The notes: generated from the letters alone by a model not told the origin. Numbered from the stretch's first letter, positions 1-8,703 are shown. The stretch: 64,000 bases of DNA from Clostridia bacterium (GCA_017466805.1 JAFTTN010000066.1:38722-102721); one strand, 5' to 3'. Program-made: numbers and translations.

Positions 1-1601
1 CCGTGAGGAGGTGCACCGTAGCGGAATGCTTCGAGCAGGTAGCCGAATTTAACCTGTGCTTCTTCCTTCGAAAGTCCCAAAAGGTCGAATATTTTTGCCT
101 GAAGCGCAGGATCGGTTATACGGATAGATCCGCTCGAAAGCTCGATACCGTTCAGAACGAGGTCGTACGCCTTTGCGCGCACCTTGCCCTTATCGCTATC
201 GAGATATTCTATACATTCGTCCATCGGGCTGGTGAACGGATGGTGCATTGCAACCCATTCGCCCGATTCGTAATCGTATTCGAAGAAGGGCATTTCGACA
301 ACCCAGAGGAAGTTATAGCCGGTTCTTTCGATATTCAAACGGTTTGCCGCTTCAACGCGTAGCTGACCGAGCTGTGTAAGAACCTTATTGTTATCGCTAT
401 CGGCAAGAATAAGAAGGATATCGCCCTTTTCGCATTCTGCCGCAGTGTAAATAGCGTTCAATTCATCCTCGGTCATATGCTTTAGGAAGCTGCCGCTATC
501 GGTTTCGCCGCGTTTTACCCACGCCAAGCCCTTTGCACCGCAGCCCTTTGCATATTCGCCGAGCTTATCGATATCCTTGCGCGAAAGCTTTTCGGCATAG
601 CCTTTAAGATTAAGCGCACGGACCGAGCCGCCCGCTTCGATAGCAGACGAGAACACGGGGAAGCCGCAGCCTTTAAGTGCATCGGTAAGATTTATAATTT
701 CCATACCGAAGCGGAGGTCGGGCTTATCCGAGCCGAAGCGCTCCATACATTCACGGAAGGTGTAGCGGGGCAGAGGGGTGGGAATATCGACGCCCATGCA
801 ATCCTTGAATATATGCTTGATAAGTCCTTCGCCGACAGCCAATACGTCGTCGGTATCGACGAACGACATTTCCATATCTATCTGAGTAAATTCGGGCTGA
901 CGGTCTGCGCGGAGGTCTTCATCACGGAAGCAACGCGCGATTTGGAAATATTTATCGAATCCGGCAACCATAGAAAGCTGTTTATAAAGCTGGGGGGATT
1001 GCGGGAGCGCATAGAAGGAGCCCTTATGCACGCGGGAGGGAACGAGATAGTCGCGCGCGCCCTCGGGAGTGGATTTAATAAGAATAGGGGTTTCTATTTC
1101 GATAAAACCGTTATCGCAAAGATAATCGCGCACGGATTTTGCAACCTTTGCACGAAAGATTATATTATTCTGCAAAACCGGACGGCGAAGGTCGAGATAA
1201 CGGTGGGTTAATCTTAATTCCTCGTTGGTTTTGCAATCGTCGGTGATATCGAAGGGAGGAGTTTCGCTTTCGCCGAGTATACGCACGGACGAAGCGAAAA
1301 TTTCGATATTACCGGTAGGAATATCGGGGTTTTTGCTCGAACGCTCGCGCACTACGCCGGTTGCCGAAACGACGAATTCGGTTTTTAATTCAAGCGCCTT
1401 TGCGAAAACCTCTTTTTCGCTGTTTTCATCGAAGGCGAGCTGAACGATACCGCTTCTGTCGCGCAGGTCGACGAAAACAAGGCTGCCAAGATCACGCGCC
1501 TTTTTTACCCAGCCCATTACGCAAACGGTTTCGCCTATATTGCATTCTCTTAAATCGCCGCAATAGTGTGTGCGGCGTTCGTTTCCAAGTAGTTCTGCCA
1601 T
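1..1601 (-). CDS. aspS: Aspartate--tRNA ligase, N-terminal ~533 codons (3' end lies beyond the left edge)
   Basis: Missing from the ORF track because there is no stop in the window. Manual minus-strand translation from ATG 1601-1599 gives MAELLGNERRTHYCGDLRECNIGETVCVMGWVKKARDLGSLVFVDLRDRSG. Codons at the left edge read FGYLLEAFRYGAPPHG (class II motif 3 neighbourhood). It lies immediately downstream of hisS. Confidence 0.9.
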   Translation of the reverse strand, partial: MAELLGNERRTHYCGDLRECNIGETVCVMGWVKKARDLGSLVFVDLRDRSGIVQLAFDENSEKEVFAKALELKTEFVVSATGVVRERSSKNPDIPTGNIEIFASSVRILGESETPPFDITDDCKTNEELRLTHRYLDLRRPVLQNNIIFRAKVAKSVRDYLCDNGFIEIETPILIKSTPEGARDYLVPSRVHKGSFYALPQSPQLYKQLSMVAGFDKYFQIARCFRDEDLRADRQPEFTQIDMEMSFVDTDDVLAVGEGLIKHIFKDCMGVDIPTPLPRYTFRECMERFGSDKPDLRFGMEIINLTDALKGCGFPVFSSAIEAGGSVRALNLKGYAEKLSRKDIDKLGEYAKGCGAKGLAWVKRGETDSGSFLKHMTEDELNAIYTAAECEKGDILLILADSDNNKVLTQLGQLRVEAANRLNIERTGYNFLWVVEMPFFEYDYESGEWVAMHHPFTSPMDECIEYLDSDKGKVRAKAYDLVLNGIELSSGSIRITDPALQAKIFDLLGLSKEEAQVKFGYLLEAFRYGAPPH

Positions 1602-1613
1602 TTTATGCCTCGT

Positions 1614-2876
1614 TTATTTCTTTATCTCGTTAATTATAGCTTCGACGCTTAAGGATACCTTTACTCTTTCGCCGCCGCGCATATCACGCAGCTCGGCAAC
1701 GCCTTCGGCGATTTCGTTATCGCCAACGACGAGCACAAAAGAAGCGCCCGCTTTATCGGCGTATTTCATTTGCGCCTTTAGGCTTCTGCCGCAAATATCG
1801 GTTTCTGCCGCAACGCCCGCCTCGCGCAGAGCCTGTGCAAGCACGAATGCGCTGTTCGAAGCACCTTCACCAAGCGGTGCGATATATACGTCGCAACCGT
1901 TTTTGAGCTCGGGCACAAGATTTTCGTCCTTTAACGCTTGGATAAGACGGGTTATGCCCATACCGAAGCCGACAGCCGGCAATTCGGGCCCGCCGATAGA
2001 GGCAAGCAAGCCATCGTATCTGCCGCCGCCGCAAACAGTGCTTTGCGCGCCGATAGAATCGACGGTGAATTCGAACACGGTGCCGGTATAGTAATCGAGT
2101 CCGCGGACTATCGAAGGATCGACGACGTATTCCACGCCGCAGGCATCGAGAAGCTTTTTGAGCTTTTCGAAGTGGCTTTCACAGCCGCCGCACAGATGCT
2201 CGAGCGTTTTAGGTGCGTTTTTCGCGATACCCGAGCAGATCGGGCTTTTGCAATCGAGCACGCGAAGGGGATTTTTTTGCAATCTTTCGCGGCAGGTATC
2301 GCAAAGCTCGGATTCGTACTGCGCGAAATATTCAAGCAACGCCTTGCGGTAGCTCGGTCTGCATTCGGGGCAGCCGATGGAATTTATACGCAAGGTTACC
2401 TTGGTTAAGCCAAGCTTTTTGAAAAGGCTGTTTGCGAGCAAAATTACCTGTGCATCGGCTTCGGGAAGACTGCTTCCGTAAAGCTCGGTGCCGAACTGCC
2501 AAAATTCGCGGCTTCTGCCCGCTTGGGGCTTTTCGCGGCGGAAGAAATTTGAAAGGTAAAAAAGCTTTAGCGGCATTGCGCCGGCATACAAGCCGTTTTC
2601 AATGACAGAACGGGCAACGCCTGCCGTTCCCTCGGGACGAAGGGAAAGACTGCTCCCGTCCTTATCGATAAAAGTATACATTTCCTTACCGACGACGTCG
2701 GTAGTGTCGCCCACGCCGCGACAGAAAAGCTCGGTCGCTTCGAAGGTGGGCATTCTTATTTCCGAAAAGCCGTTGATGCGCGCGGTTTCGCGCACTGCGT
2801 TTTCGATATACTGCCAAAGTCCGATATCGGCAGGAAGGATATCGAGCGTACCCTTCGGCTTCTGTATTTTATTCAT
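1614..2876 (-). CDS. hisS: Histidine--tRNA ligase
   Basis: ORF 1614..2918. The likely true start is ATG 2876 (MNKIQKPKGTLDILP) with GGAG about 10 nt upstream. HisRS motifs LRPEGTAG and GGGRYDGL are present. Confidence 0.93.
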   Translation of the reverse strand: MNKIQKPKGTLDILPADIGLWQYIENAVRETARINGFSEIRMPTFEATELFCRGVGDTTDVVGKEMYTFIDKDGSSLSLRPEGTAGVARSVIENGLYAGAMPLKLFYLSNFFRREKPQAGRSREFWQFGTELYGSSLPEADAQVILLANSLFKKLGLTKVTLRINSIGCPECRPSYRKALLEYFAQYESELCDTCRERLQKNPLRVLDCKSPICSGIAKNAPKTLEHLCGGCESHFEKLKKLLDACGVEYVVDPSIVRGLDYYTGTVFEFTVDSIGAQSTVCGGGRYDGLLASIGGPELPAVGFGMGITRLIQALKDENLVPELKNGCDVYIAPLGEGASNSAFVLAQALREAGVAAETDICGRSLKAQMKYADKAGASFVLVVGDNEIAEGVAELRDMRGGERVKVSLSVEAIINEIKK

Positions 2877-2878
2877 AA

Positions 2879-3292
2879 TTATACTGCTCCTGATCCGCTT
2901 CTGATATTTGCGCGCCAATCCAAATCGCCCCTATCGAGAGCGAGAATAAGTGCTTCTGCCGTTGCAATATTGGTTGCAACGGGAATAGTGTATTTATCGC
3001 AAAGCTTAACCAAGTTAAGCTCGGTTTCGGTATATTCGGTATCGTTGTTCGTGTCGCGCAGGAGTATAAGCAGGTCGACCTCGTCATACGCGATTTTCGA
3101 AGCGATCTGTTCAACGCCGCCGTGCGAGCCCGAAAGCAATTTTTCTATATTTAAGCCGGTTGCTTCGGATATATATTTACCCGTAATAGCAGTCGAGCAG
3201 ATATTATGACGGGAAAGTATTCCGCAATATGCAATGCAAAATTCTGTTATAAGCTCTTTTTTCTTATCGTTGGCGATAATAGCTATGTTCAA
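2879..3292 (-). CDS. Methylglyoxal synthase-like (MGS fold) protein, catalytic residues substituted
   Basis: 137 aa, alignable end to end with MgsA (IAIIANDKKK, ATGLNIE, LSGSHGG, IPVATNIATAE). Relative to E. coli numbering it has His19->Asn, Asp71->Val and His98->Tyr. Confidence 0.75.
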   Translation of the reverse strand: MNIAIIANDKKKELITEFCIAYCGILSRHNICSTAITGKYISEATGLNIEKLLSGSHGGVEQIASKIAYDEVDLLILLRDTNNDTEYTETELNLVKLCDKYTIPVATNIATAEALILALDRGDLDWRANIRSGSGAV

Positions 3293-3295
3293 TTT

Positions 3296-4210
3296 CTATT
3301 CCTCCCTTATTTCCCGGTTTTCCTGCAGTGCGATTCCCTTGTACGCACCGCGTTTTTTCAGAGATTCCGCCCCTGCAAACAGAAGCACGCGTTTTCCGCA
3401 AAGCCTTTGGGCTATATTATAGAACGCCGCTTCCCATTTGCTCGCCTTCTTTTTCATATCGCCCATAAAGGCAAGCTCTGCCGCCTCCTGCGAGGCCTGA
3501 AGCTTTTCCCCATACGGAACGACGCCGAGCAGGCGCACCGAGGAGCGATTTATTATTTCAACAATATCGGGCAATTTGCCCTTTTCGGCGAAGCTTGCGC
3601 GGTAGCCGTTTACGACGAGCGAGAGCTTGCTTATGCCCATCATAGAAAGCCTTGCCGCTGTTTTTTCCGCCGCGCGAACAGAGGTTGATTGGTGGAGCGT
3701 GACTATTACCGCTTCGTCCGCAGTTGCGGCAAACGCCATATAATAGTCGGTCATTTCGGCGCAGGAATCGATGATTATATAATCGAAATCGTTCCGCACC
3801 TCGTTTATAAAGTCGGCAAACGCCGATTTGGGAATTTTTTCATCCGCAAGGTTCATCGGCGCGGGGATAAAGGAAAATCCGGTTCGATTCCTTACCTCGC
3901 ACATTGCCGCCGTCGGCGAGCATCTGCCGGTAAGCACATCGCTGCAGTCGAAAAGCGTTTCGCTTTCCAAGCCGAGCACCATATCCATACAGCGCATACC
4001 AAAATCGCCGTCGATAACCAAAACCTTGTTACCGAGCGCATAAAGCGTTGCCGCGAGATTAGCAGAAACGGTGGTTTTTCCGACGCCGCCCTTGAAGCCG
4101 GTGACAAATATCACTCTGCCCAGTGCCGACACCCCCCTTTTAACAAGCCTCTGTATAGACTCTATACAGTCATACACGATAATAATAACATTAATTGTGT
4201 CTATTGTCAA
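3296..4210 (-). CDS. MinD/ParA-family P-loop ATPase
   Basis: Deviant Walker A TGFKGGVGKTT, then MinD-like VIDGDFGMRCMD and DYIIIDS. The start is uncertain; the first ~25 aa of the ORF may not be translated. There is no minC/minE neighbour. Confidence 0.75.
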   Translation of the reverse strand: MTIDTINVIIIVYDCIESIQRLVKRGVSALGRVIFVTGFKGGVGKTTVSANLAATLYALGNKVLVIDGDFGMRCMDMVLGLESETLFDCSDVLTGRCSPTAAMCEVRNRTGFSFIPAPMNLADEKIPKSAFADFINEVRNDFDYIIIDSCAEMTDYYMAFAATADEAVIVTLHQSTSVRAAEKTAARLSMMGISKLSLVVNGYRASFAEKGKLPDIVEIINRSSVRLLGVVPYGEKLQASQEAAELAFMGDMKKKASKWEAAFYNIAQRLCGKRVLLFAGAESLKKRGAYKGIALQENREIREE

Positions 4211-4266
4211 GAAAAAAAGACTTTATTATGCTATTAAATTATAAGATTTTAACAAATTTTTTGTGA

Positions 4267-4293
4267 ACGAAAAAAGAGCGGCGGTGCCGCTCT
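4267..4293 (-). terminator. Rho-independent terminator after the TIR gene
   Basis: On the minus strand: AGAGCGGC-acc-GCCGCTCT followed by TTTTTTCG, 18 nt after the stop at 4311. Confidence 0.8.
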
Positions 4294-4310
4294 AAAAAGT
4301 ACAGGTATAG

Positions 4311-6287
4311 TCAGGCATCATCTTCGTCACAACTTAGATAGTCGTACTGCGACAATGTAACCTCCATTTGTTCTGGTAGTACGAGTATCTTTTTAACTAT
4401 CAAATCTTGCCGCAACCTGGCTGCCAATACTTTGCGTTTTTTTTCGACTTTGGTGACCATATCCGTTTTCCCTAAAATCCTATAAATGTATGCAAGACAA
4501 GAATATTTGTAGCACAAATCAAACTTCGTTGCAATAGAATTTTTTTCGCTCAGTAGTTTTTCTTGTATTATTATGGCTTTTTCATAATACTTTGCTGCTT
4601 TAATTCTATCTTTTGTTGACCCCTGCGGTGAATTATATAGTGCTCCAAGCCGTTCATAACACGATATTAGTGCATCGCAAACTCTTTTGGAGGTGTTCCT
4701 TTTGAACAAAGACTCAATAATGGAGCAAGCATATTCAAAATTTTTCGCTGCTGCTTTTAAATTTCCTTTTTCTTGGTGTATGTCTCCAAGTTTATTTATT
4801 GTTATTGCCATGTCCAACGCACGTATGTCCGTAGGAGCGTTTTCAAATAGACTCTTCGCCATTTTACACGATTTTATATAATAATATCTTGCTATTATTA
4901 TACTATCTTTATCTCCCTTTGAGCGATAATAATCTCCTATTCTTCCGTATACCACCGACAAATCTCTATATCTGCTCTCTGATTTATATTGCAAATCATT
5001 GCACAATGACAACGCTTGAAAATATTTCTTTCCTCTTAAATCTTCTCTTCCTATCGTTGCATAAAAATCCCCGCACCCTAAAATGTTTTCCAAAAGGGTT
5101 TTCGAATTATTTACATTTGGTTTGTCTTGGAATCGTCTTTTGAGTTCCTTTATTTTTAACAAGTCCCAAATCATGGCTGCACTTGAGGGCTTTCGAATCA
5201 CCCCATGTCCAATCTTGAACATCTCAATCATTTTATCGATTGCTTCGAGGTAGTTGGCGTTGGCGGCGTATTCGATCATTTCGAGGGCGCGGGCGTGGTC
5301 GACCTCGACGTCGATACCGTCGAGGTATGCCAAGCCGATTAGGTAATTGTGCTCGGGGGAATTATCGTTTTCGTCGCTGACAAACTTTTTTGCGGTGTTC
5401 AAAAGTGCCTCGGTCAATGCGGATTCATCGTCTGCATTAACGCAATCGGGAACGTTTGCATATTTTACAGCGAGTGCGTCCTTATCGGTATAGACGAGCT
5501 CGGTCGGAAGGATAGGCTTTTGCGCTTCTACCGCCATAGGATATTCGTGCTCTTCGATATAATTCTTATGCTTGACGCCGTTTTCGTCAACTCGCGGCTC
5601 GAGCAGGCTCGGCGTTACGGCAAGCACGAAAAGATCGCTTTTATTAAGCGCTTCGGCGATAGTTTTATTGAAGTTTTCGCCGGGGGTAAGAAATTCGTCG
5701 TACCAGATTGCGATATCGCGGCAGAAATCGTTTTTATGTATAAGCCGCATAAGGCGGTTTGCGTGGATTCTGTCTTTTTTGCGATAGCTTAAAAATATCT
5801 GCGCGTCGAACTCGGCACGGATACGCTTTATCGTTTTATCGTCAAGCAAAACCGAGGAAAGATATTTTTTAAGCTTTTCATCGTAGCTTATTGCGGTTGA
5901 ATCGATATTATACTTATCCAAAAACTGCAGGTCGCCGAATTTTTTATTGAAAAGCTCCTCAAGGCCGCTTTCCTGCATTAACGGAAGGACGGGGATTTTG
6001 TGCTCGAGCGCGAAGGCAAGCTCCTCGTCGAGCGCACGGTTAGGCTTTGTTAAAAGGCGGGTGGTTATCGGCATAACGAAAAGGTTCATTTTCGAAAGGT
6101 CGAAAAGGAATTCTTTATCACGGGCGCCGTCGTAATCCTCGTCGTAAAAGACGGCGCAGCTTCTGCCGTTCATAATTTCTTCGGAGATTTCCTTGAAATA
6201 GGGCTTGAAATCGTCCTTATGGCAGGAAAAATAGACCTTTGGGACACGGTCGCCTATTTGCTTTGGGACGTGTTTAAGTATTCCCAT
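4311..6287 (-). CDS. Tandem TIR-like domain protein with Sel1-like and TPR-like C-terminal repeats (658 aa)
   Basis: Domain 1, aa ~17-105 (KVYFSCHKDDF...MPITTRLLTKPNRALDEELAFA...IPVLPL). Domain 2, aa ~162-262 (IFLSYRKKDRIHAN...IAIWYDEFLTPGENF...SDLFVLAVTPSLL...YIEEHEYPMA), a TIR_2-like pattern. Sel1-like segment YLIGLAYLDGIDVEVDHARALEMIEYAA. Helical repeats continue to the C-terminus. Paralog of 13144..15654. Confidence 0.8.
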   Translation of the reverse strand: MGILKHVPKQIGDRVPKVYFSCHKDDFKPYFKEISEEIMNGRSCAVFYDEDYDGARDKEFLFDLSKMNLFVMPITTRLLTKPNRALDEELAFALEHKIPVLPLMQESGLEELFNKKFGDLQFLDKYNIDSTAISYDEKLKKYLSSVLLDDKTIKRIRAEFDAQIFLSYRKKDRIHANRLMRLIHKNDFCRDIAIWYDEFLTPGENFNKTIAEALNKSDLFVLAVTPSLLEPRVDENGVKHKNYIEEHEYPMAVEAQKPILPTELVYTDKDALAVKYANVPDCVNADDESALTEALLNTAKKFVSDENDNSPEHNYLIGLAYLDGIDVEVDHARALEMIEYAANANYLEAIDKMIEMFKIGHGVIRKPSSAAMIWDLLKIKELKRRFQDKPNVNNSKTLLENILGCGDFYATIGREDLRGKKYFQALSLCNDLQYKSESRYRDLSVVYGRIGDYYRSKGDKDSIIIARYYYIKSCKMAKSLFENAPTDIRALDMAITINKLGDIHQEKGNLKAAAKNFEYACSIIESLFKRNTSKRVCDALISCYERLGALYNSPQGSTKDRIKAAKYYEKAIIIQEKLLSEKNSIATKFDLCYKYSCLAYIYRILGKTDMVTKVEKKRKVLAARLRQDLIVKKILVLPEQMEVTLSQYDYLSCDEDDA

Positions 6288-6319
6288 TTTTTAAAATCTC
6301 CTTTTTGTGTTTTTGGAAT

Positions 6320-7522
6320 TTATGACAGATAAATATGCATTATAATTTCGTTTTTATTGCTGTAAAACTGCGGATTTTTATCGGAAAGGCCGGGGACTTG
6401 TTTATATTTTCCGTTATATACGATTTGGTCGACGGCTGTTTCGAGCGCGGATTCCGAGGCAAAGCGGATATGTATTATCTGCGCGCCCTTTTGCTCGGCA
6501 ACGGCGTTACAAAAGGCTTCGAAATCGTAGCTTTGCAGATAGCTGTTTTCGTAGACGAAGAAGTTATATTCATCCGAATCGCAGACCGGGATTTTGAAGG
6601 TCGGGTCGGGGGTATGGGTTTCGTAAAGCTTATTATCGGTAACGCAGAAATAGCCGTAGTTTGCGCCGTTGGGGGCGAGGAGGTTGCCGTTATCGTCCTC
6701 CAATTCGTTTTCGTCCCAGGTGACGTCGAGCCAATATTCGTCGCCGCCGAGCAGGATATAGTTCCAAGCGTGGCCGCCGCCCGCATCGCCCTCGACGTAT
6801 TCCGCGTCGACACCGAGCATACTCATTATAAGCTGAAAGCTTTTTGCATAACCGTCGCAAACGCAGACCTTATTTACAAGGCAGCCGTAGATTGTGTGCG
6901 ATTGCTGGCTGGAGGCGCGCTGGACGGTTTGGTTTATTTCCTCCAAGCAGACGTAATCGTATTCGGCGTTTACGACGAGGTAATCGTGAACGAACTTTGC
7001 CTTTTCGTAATCGTTTTCGAGCGTATCTGCCATTGCGGCGATACGCTTCGCCTCGGAAAGAGCGGCTTCGATATAGCCATCCTTATCGTTGGTGTACTGC
7101 CAATAATCGTAGCAGCCGGTTTCGATTATCATATTATATCCGATGCCCGCATATTCGCCGTTGCAGCGCCATCCGCCGTTCAGCCAAAAAAATTCGGGAA
7201 AATCGTAATACAGCGCGTCGTATGCTTGGTAAAGTGCCTCGACCGAGCGATCGTAATCGTCGGTATACACGGTAATCGTCGTATTACCCGCGGCGATACC
7301 CTTGCGGAGCTCGGAATAGAGCGATTTTTCGGTTGAATCGAGCTGATTATACATATTGCGATGCTCGGGCATACTATAGCCGATATCGGCGGTATCGTCG
7401 ATATTTATGCTGTAGCCGTAATCACCCGAGGCGCTACCGCCGTCGTCGGAGCTAAAATTCTTTACCGCGAAAGCGATACACGCGATAATTAAAACAGTAA
7501 AAAACAGGTTGCCCTTTTTCAT
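6320..7522 (-). CDS. Membrane-anchored transglutaminase-like cysteine protease family protein
   Basis: N-terminal TM anchor MKKGNLFFTVLIIACIAFAV. Transglutaminase-core Cys/His/Asp pattern CVCDGYAKSF...GGGHAWNYIL...WLDVTWDE. The start ATG overlaps the upstream stop (TAATG at 7520-7524). Confidence 0.75.
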   Translation of the reverse strand: MKKGNLFFTVLIIACIAFAVKNFSSDDGGSASGDYGYSINIDDTADIGYSMPEHRNMYNQLDSTEKSLYSELRKGIAAGNTTITVYTDDYDRSVEALYQAYDALYYDFPEFFWLNGGWRCNGEYAGIGYNMIIETGCYDYWQYTNDKDGYIEAALSEAKRIAAMADTLENDYEKAKFVHDYLVVNAEYDYVCLEEINQTVQRASSQQSHTIYGCLVNKVCVCDGYAKSFQLIMSMLGVDAEYVEGDAGGGHAWNYILLGGDEYWLDVTWDENELEDDNGNLLAPNGANYGYFCVTDNKLYETHTPDPTFKIPVCDSDEYNFFVYENSYLQSYDFEAFCNAVAEQKGAQIIHIRFASESALETAVDQIVYNGKYKQVPGLSDKNPQFYSNKNEIIMHIYLS

Positions 7523-8412
7523 TATTCGTCACCCCTCTCCATTGCTTCGAGATCGTCGAGAGTGGTATCCTCTTTATTCTTCAGCGCGGGATATTTTGCA
7601 CCGAGCAGACCGAATGCAACCTCATCGTCGACACGGTCGACGGCGGAAAGCCAGCGCAGATATACGAAGCTTACCGCAAAGATAACGAGAATTACCGCAT
7701 AATATATTGCGGTGACGGTTTCGGAATCGAAAAAGTGTGCAAAGCTGTAGAAGCCGTGAACGGCGATAGGCAAAGCGACGCTTACAACAAGCCAATGTCC
7801 GCTTTTTACGGTTTTTTCTATTTTTATAACGCCCTCGCATTCGAGAATTTTTTCCTTCTTTTTAGCAAGCAGCCACATATGCCATGCGGTATAGGCAACA
7901 CCCATAAGCACGCCGAAGATCATATGCGCGGGAACGCTTGTGACCGAACGAATGATAAAGGTATCCCAGCCGTCCATTATGGCAAAGCGCACGTTTTCCG
8001 CCGCCGCAAAGCCGAGCGACACGAACACGGCGTAAACCACGCCGTCGAAAAGGTGCGAAAAGTTTTTGTTTTTAAAGGTGATAAGATACAGAACGAGCCA
8101 TTTTGCCGATTCCTCGATAACCGCGACGGCAACAACACCGCAAAGCAGGCTGTGCTTTAGCTTTGCGCCCGAAGACAAAAAGGTGGCAACGCCGGTTAGG
8201 CTATATTCGATATCCGCGGAAAACGCTTTATCGAACAATCCGATTATTGCGTTTTCGGCAAGGATTGCGGGCAGATAGAGCACCGCACCCGCAGCGAAAA
8301 GCAAAAGCAGCAAGCCGAACGGTTCTTTTTCGACTCGATCCTTTGAATATACGTACCAGCACAAAAGCAGCGCGGGCACCAATGCAAGAAACGAAATTCC
8401 GATATAATTCAT
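7522..8412 (-). CDS. PrsW-family intramembrane protease
   Basis: Polytopic membrane protein with motifs VIEESAKW, GFAAAEN and PAHMIFG. The likely start is ATG 8412 (MNYIGISFLAL), preceded by AAAGGAGGAAATT. The ORF-track extension to 8592 looks non-coding. Confidence 0.75.
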   Translation of the reverse strand: MNYIGISFLALVPALLLCWYVYSKDRVEKEPFGLLLLLFAAGAVLYLPAILAENAIIGLFDKAFSADIEYSLTGVATFLSSGAKLKHSLLCGVVAVAVIEESAKWLVLYLITFKNKNFSHLFDGVVYAVFVSLGFAAAENVRFAIMDGWDTFIIRSVTSVPAHMIFGVLMGVAYTAWHMWLLAKKKEKILECEGVIKIEKTVKSGHWLVVSVALPIAVHGFYSFAHFFDSETVTAIYYAVILVIFAVSFVYLRWLSAVDRVDDEVAFGLLGAKYPALKNKEDTTLDDLEAMERGDE

Positions 8413-8473
8413 AATTTCCTCCTTTTTGCAACGGAATTCGGCAATATTCGCCAAGCAAAGCCGTTGCTTTAAT

Positions 8474-8502
8474 ATTGTAGCATAGTTACGTTTATTTTGC
8501 AA
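8474..8502 (-). promoter_or_regulatory. Sigma-A-type promoter of the prsW-like/transglutaminase-like/TIR operon
   Basis: On the minus strand: TTGCAA, 17 nt, TGcTACAAT (extended -10). It lies about 60 nt upstream of the 8412 start. Confidence 0.55.
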
Positions 8503-8660
8503 GGCGTAATATCTTTTTGTAAAAGCGCTTGGCGATAAAAAAGAATTTTCGGCGTCGGAGCGGCATACTGCGAAAATTGCGGTTATATCCAAGGGAATAT
8601 AGAAATATAATTAAAAAATGAAGAACGTTATTCCCGTGCCGCTCGAGCTTTGCGTTTTCG

Positions 8661-8693
8661 GCAAAGACTTGGCAAAGAAACGGTAAAGAAACG
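8661..8693 (+). promoter_or_regulatory. Three tandem 11-bp direct repeats abutting the hppA -35
   Basis: GCAAAGACTTG / GCAAAGAAACG / GTAAAGAAACG, back to back, ending 10 nt before the TTGACT -35 box. Confidence 0.45.
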
Positions 8694-8703
8694 CTATCGT
8701 TTA

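Noticed and set aside
3-2091. Plus-strand ORFs (3-362, 813-1211, 1225-1443, 1361-1633, 1570-2091).
   Set aside because: They lie antisense to the clearly recognisable aspS and hisS reading frames. Their products are low-complexity or Arg/Ser-rich with no recognisable motifs. They are shadow ORFs.
4437-4444. Homopolymer tracts considered as phase-variation sites: A8 in the TIR gene 3' region (4437-4444), A7 after the start codons at 42201-42207 and 61868-61874.
   Set aside because: The tracts are short. They encode Lys-rich N-termini typical of signal or anchor sequences, or lie so close to the 3' end that slippage would have little effect.
8413-8592. N-terminal extensions suggested by the ORF track. 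Affected genes: prsW-like (to 8592), regulator (from 12200), ybaK (to 17544), flavoprotein (to 19202), RpiR (to 20001), yidC (to 39662), gyrB (from 46531), metH (to 54480), hisS (to 2918), ABC (to 35019).
   Set aside because: Internal start codons with good Shine-Dalgarno sequences give N-termini that match the family consensus. The extensions overlap upstream genes, promoters or repeat elements.
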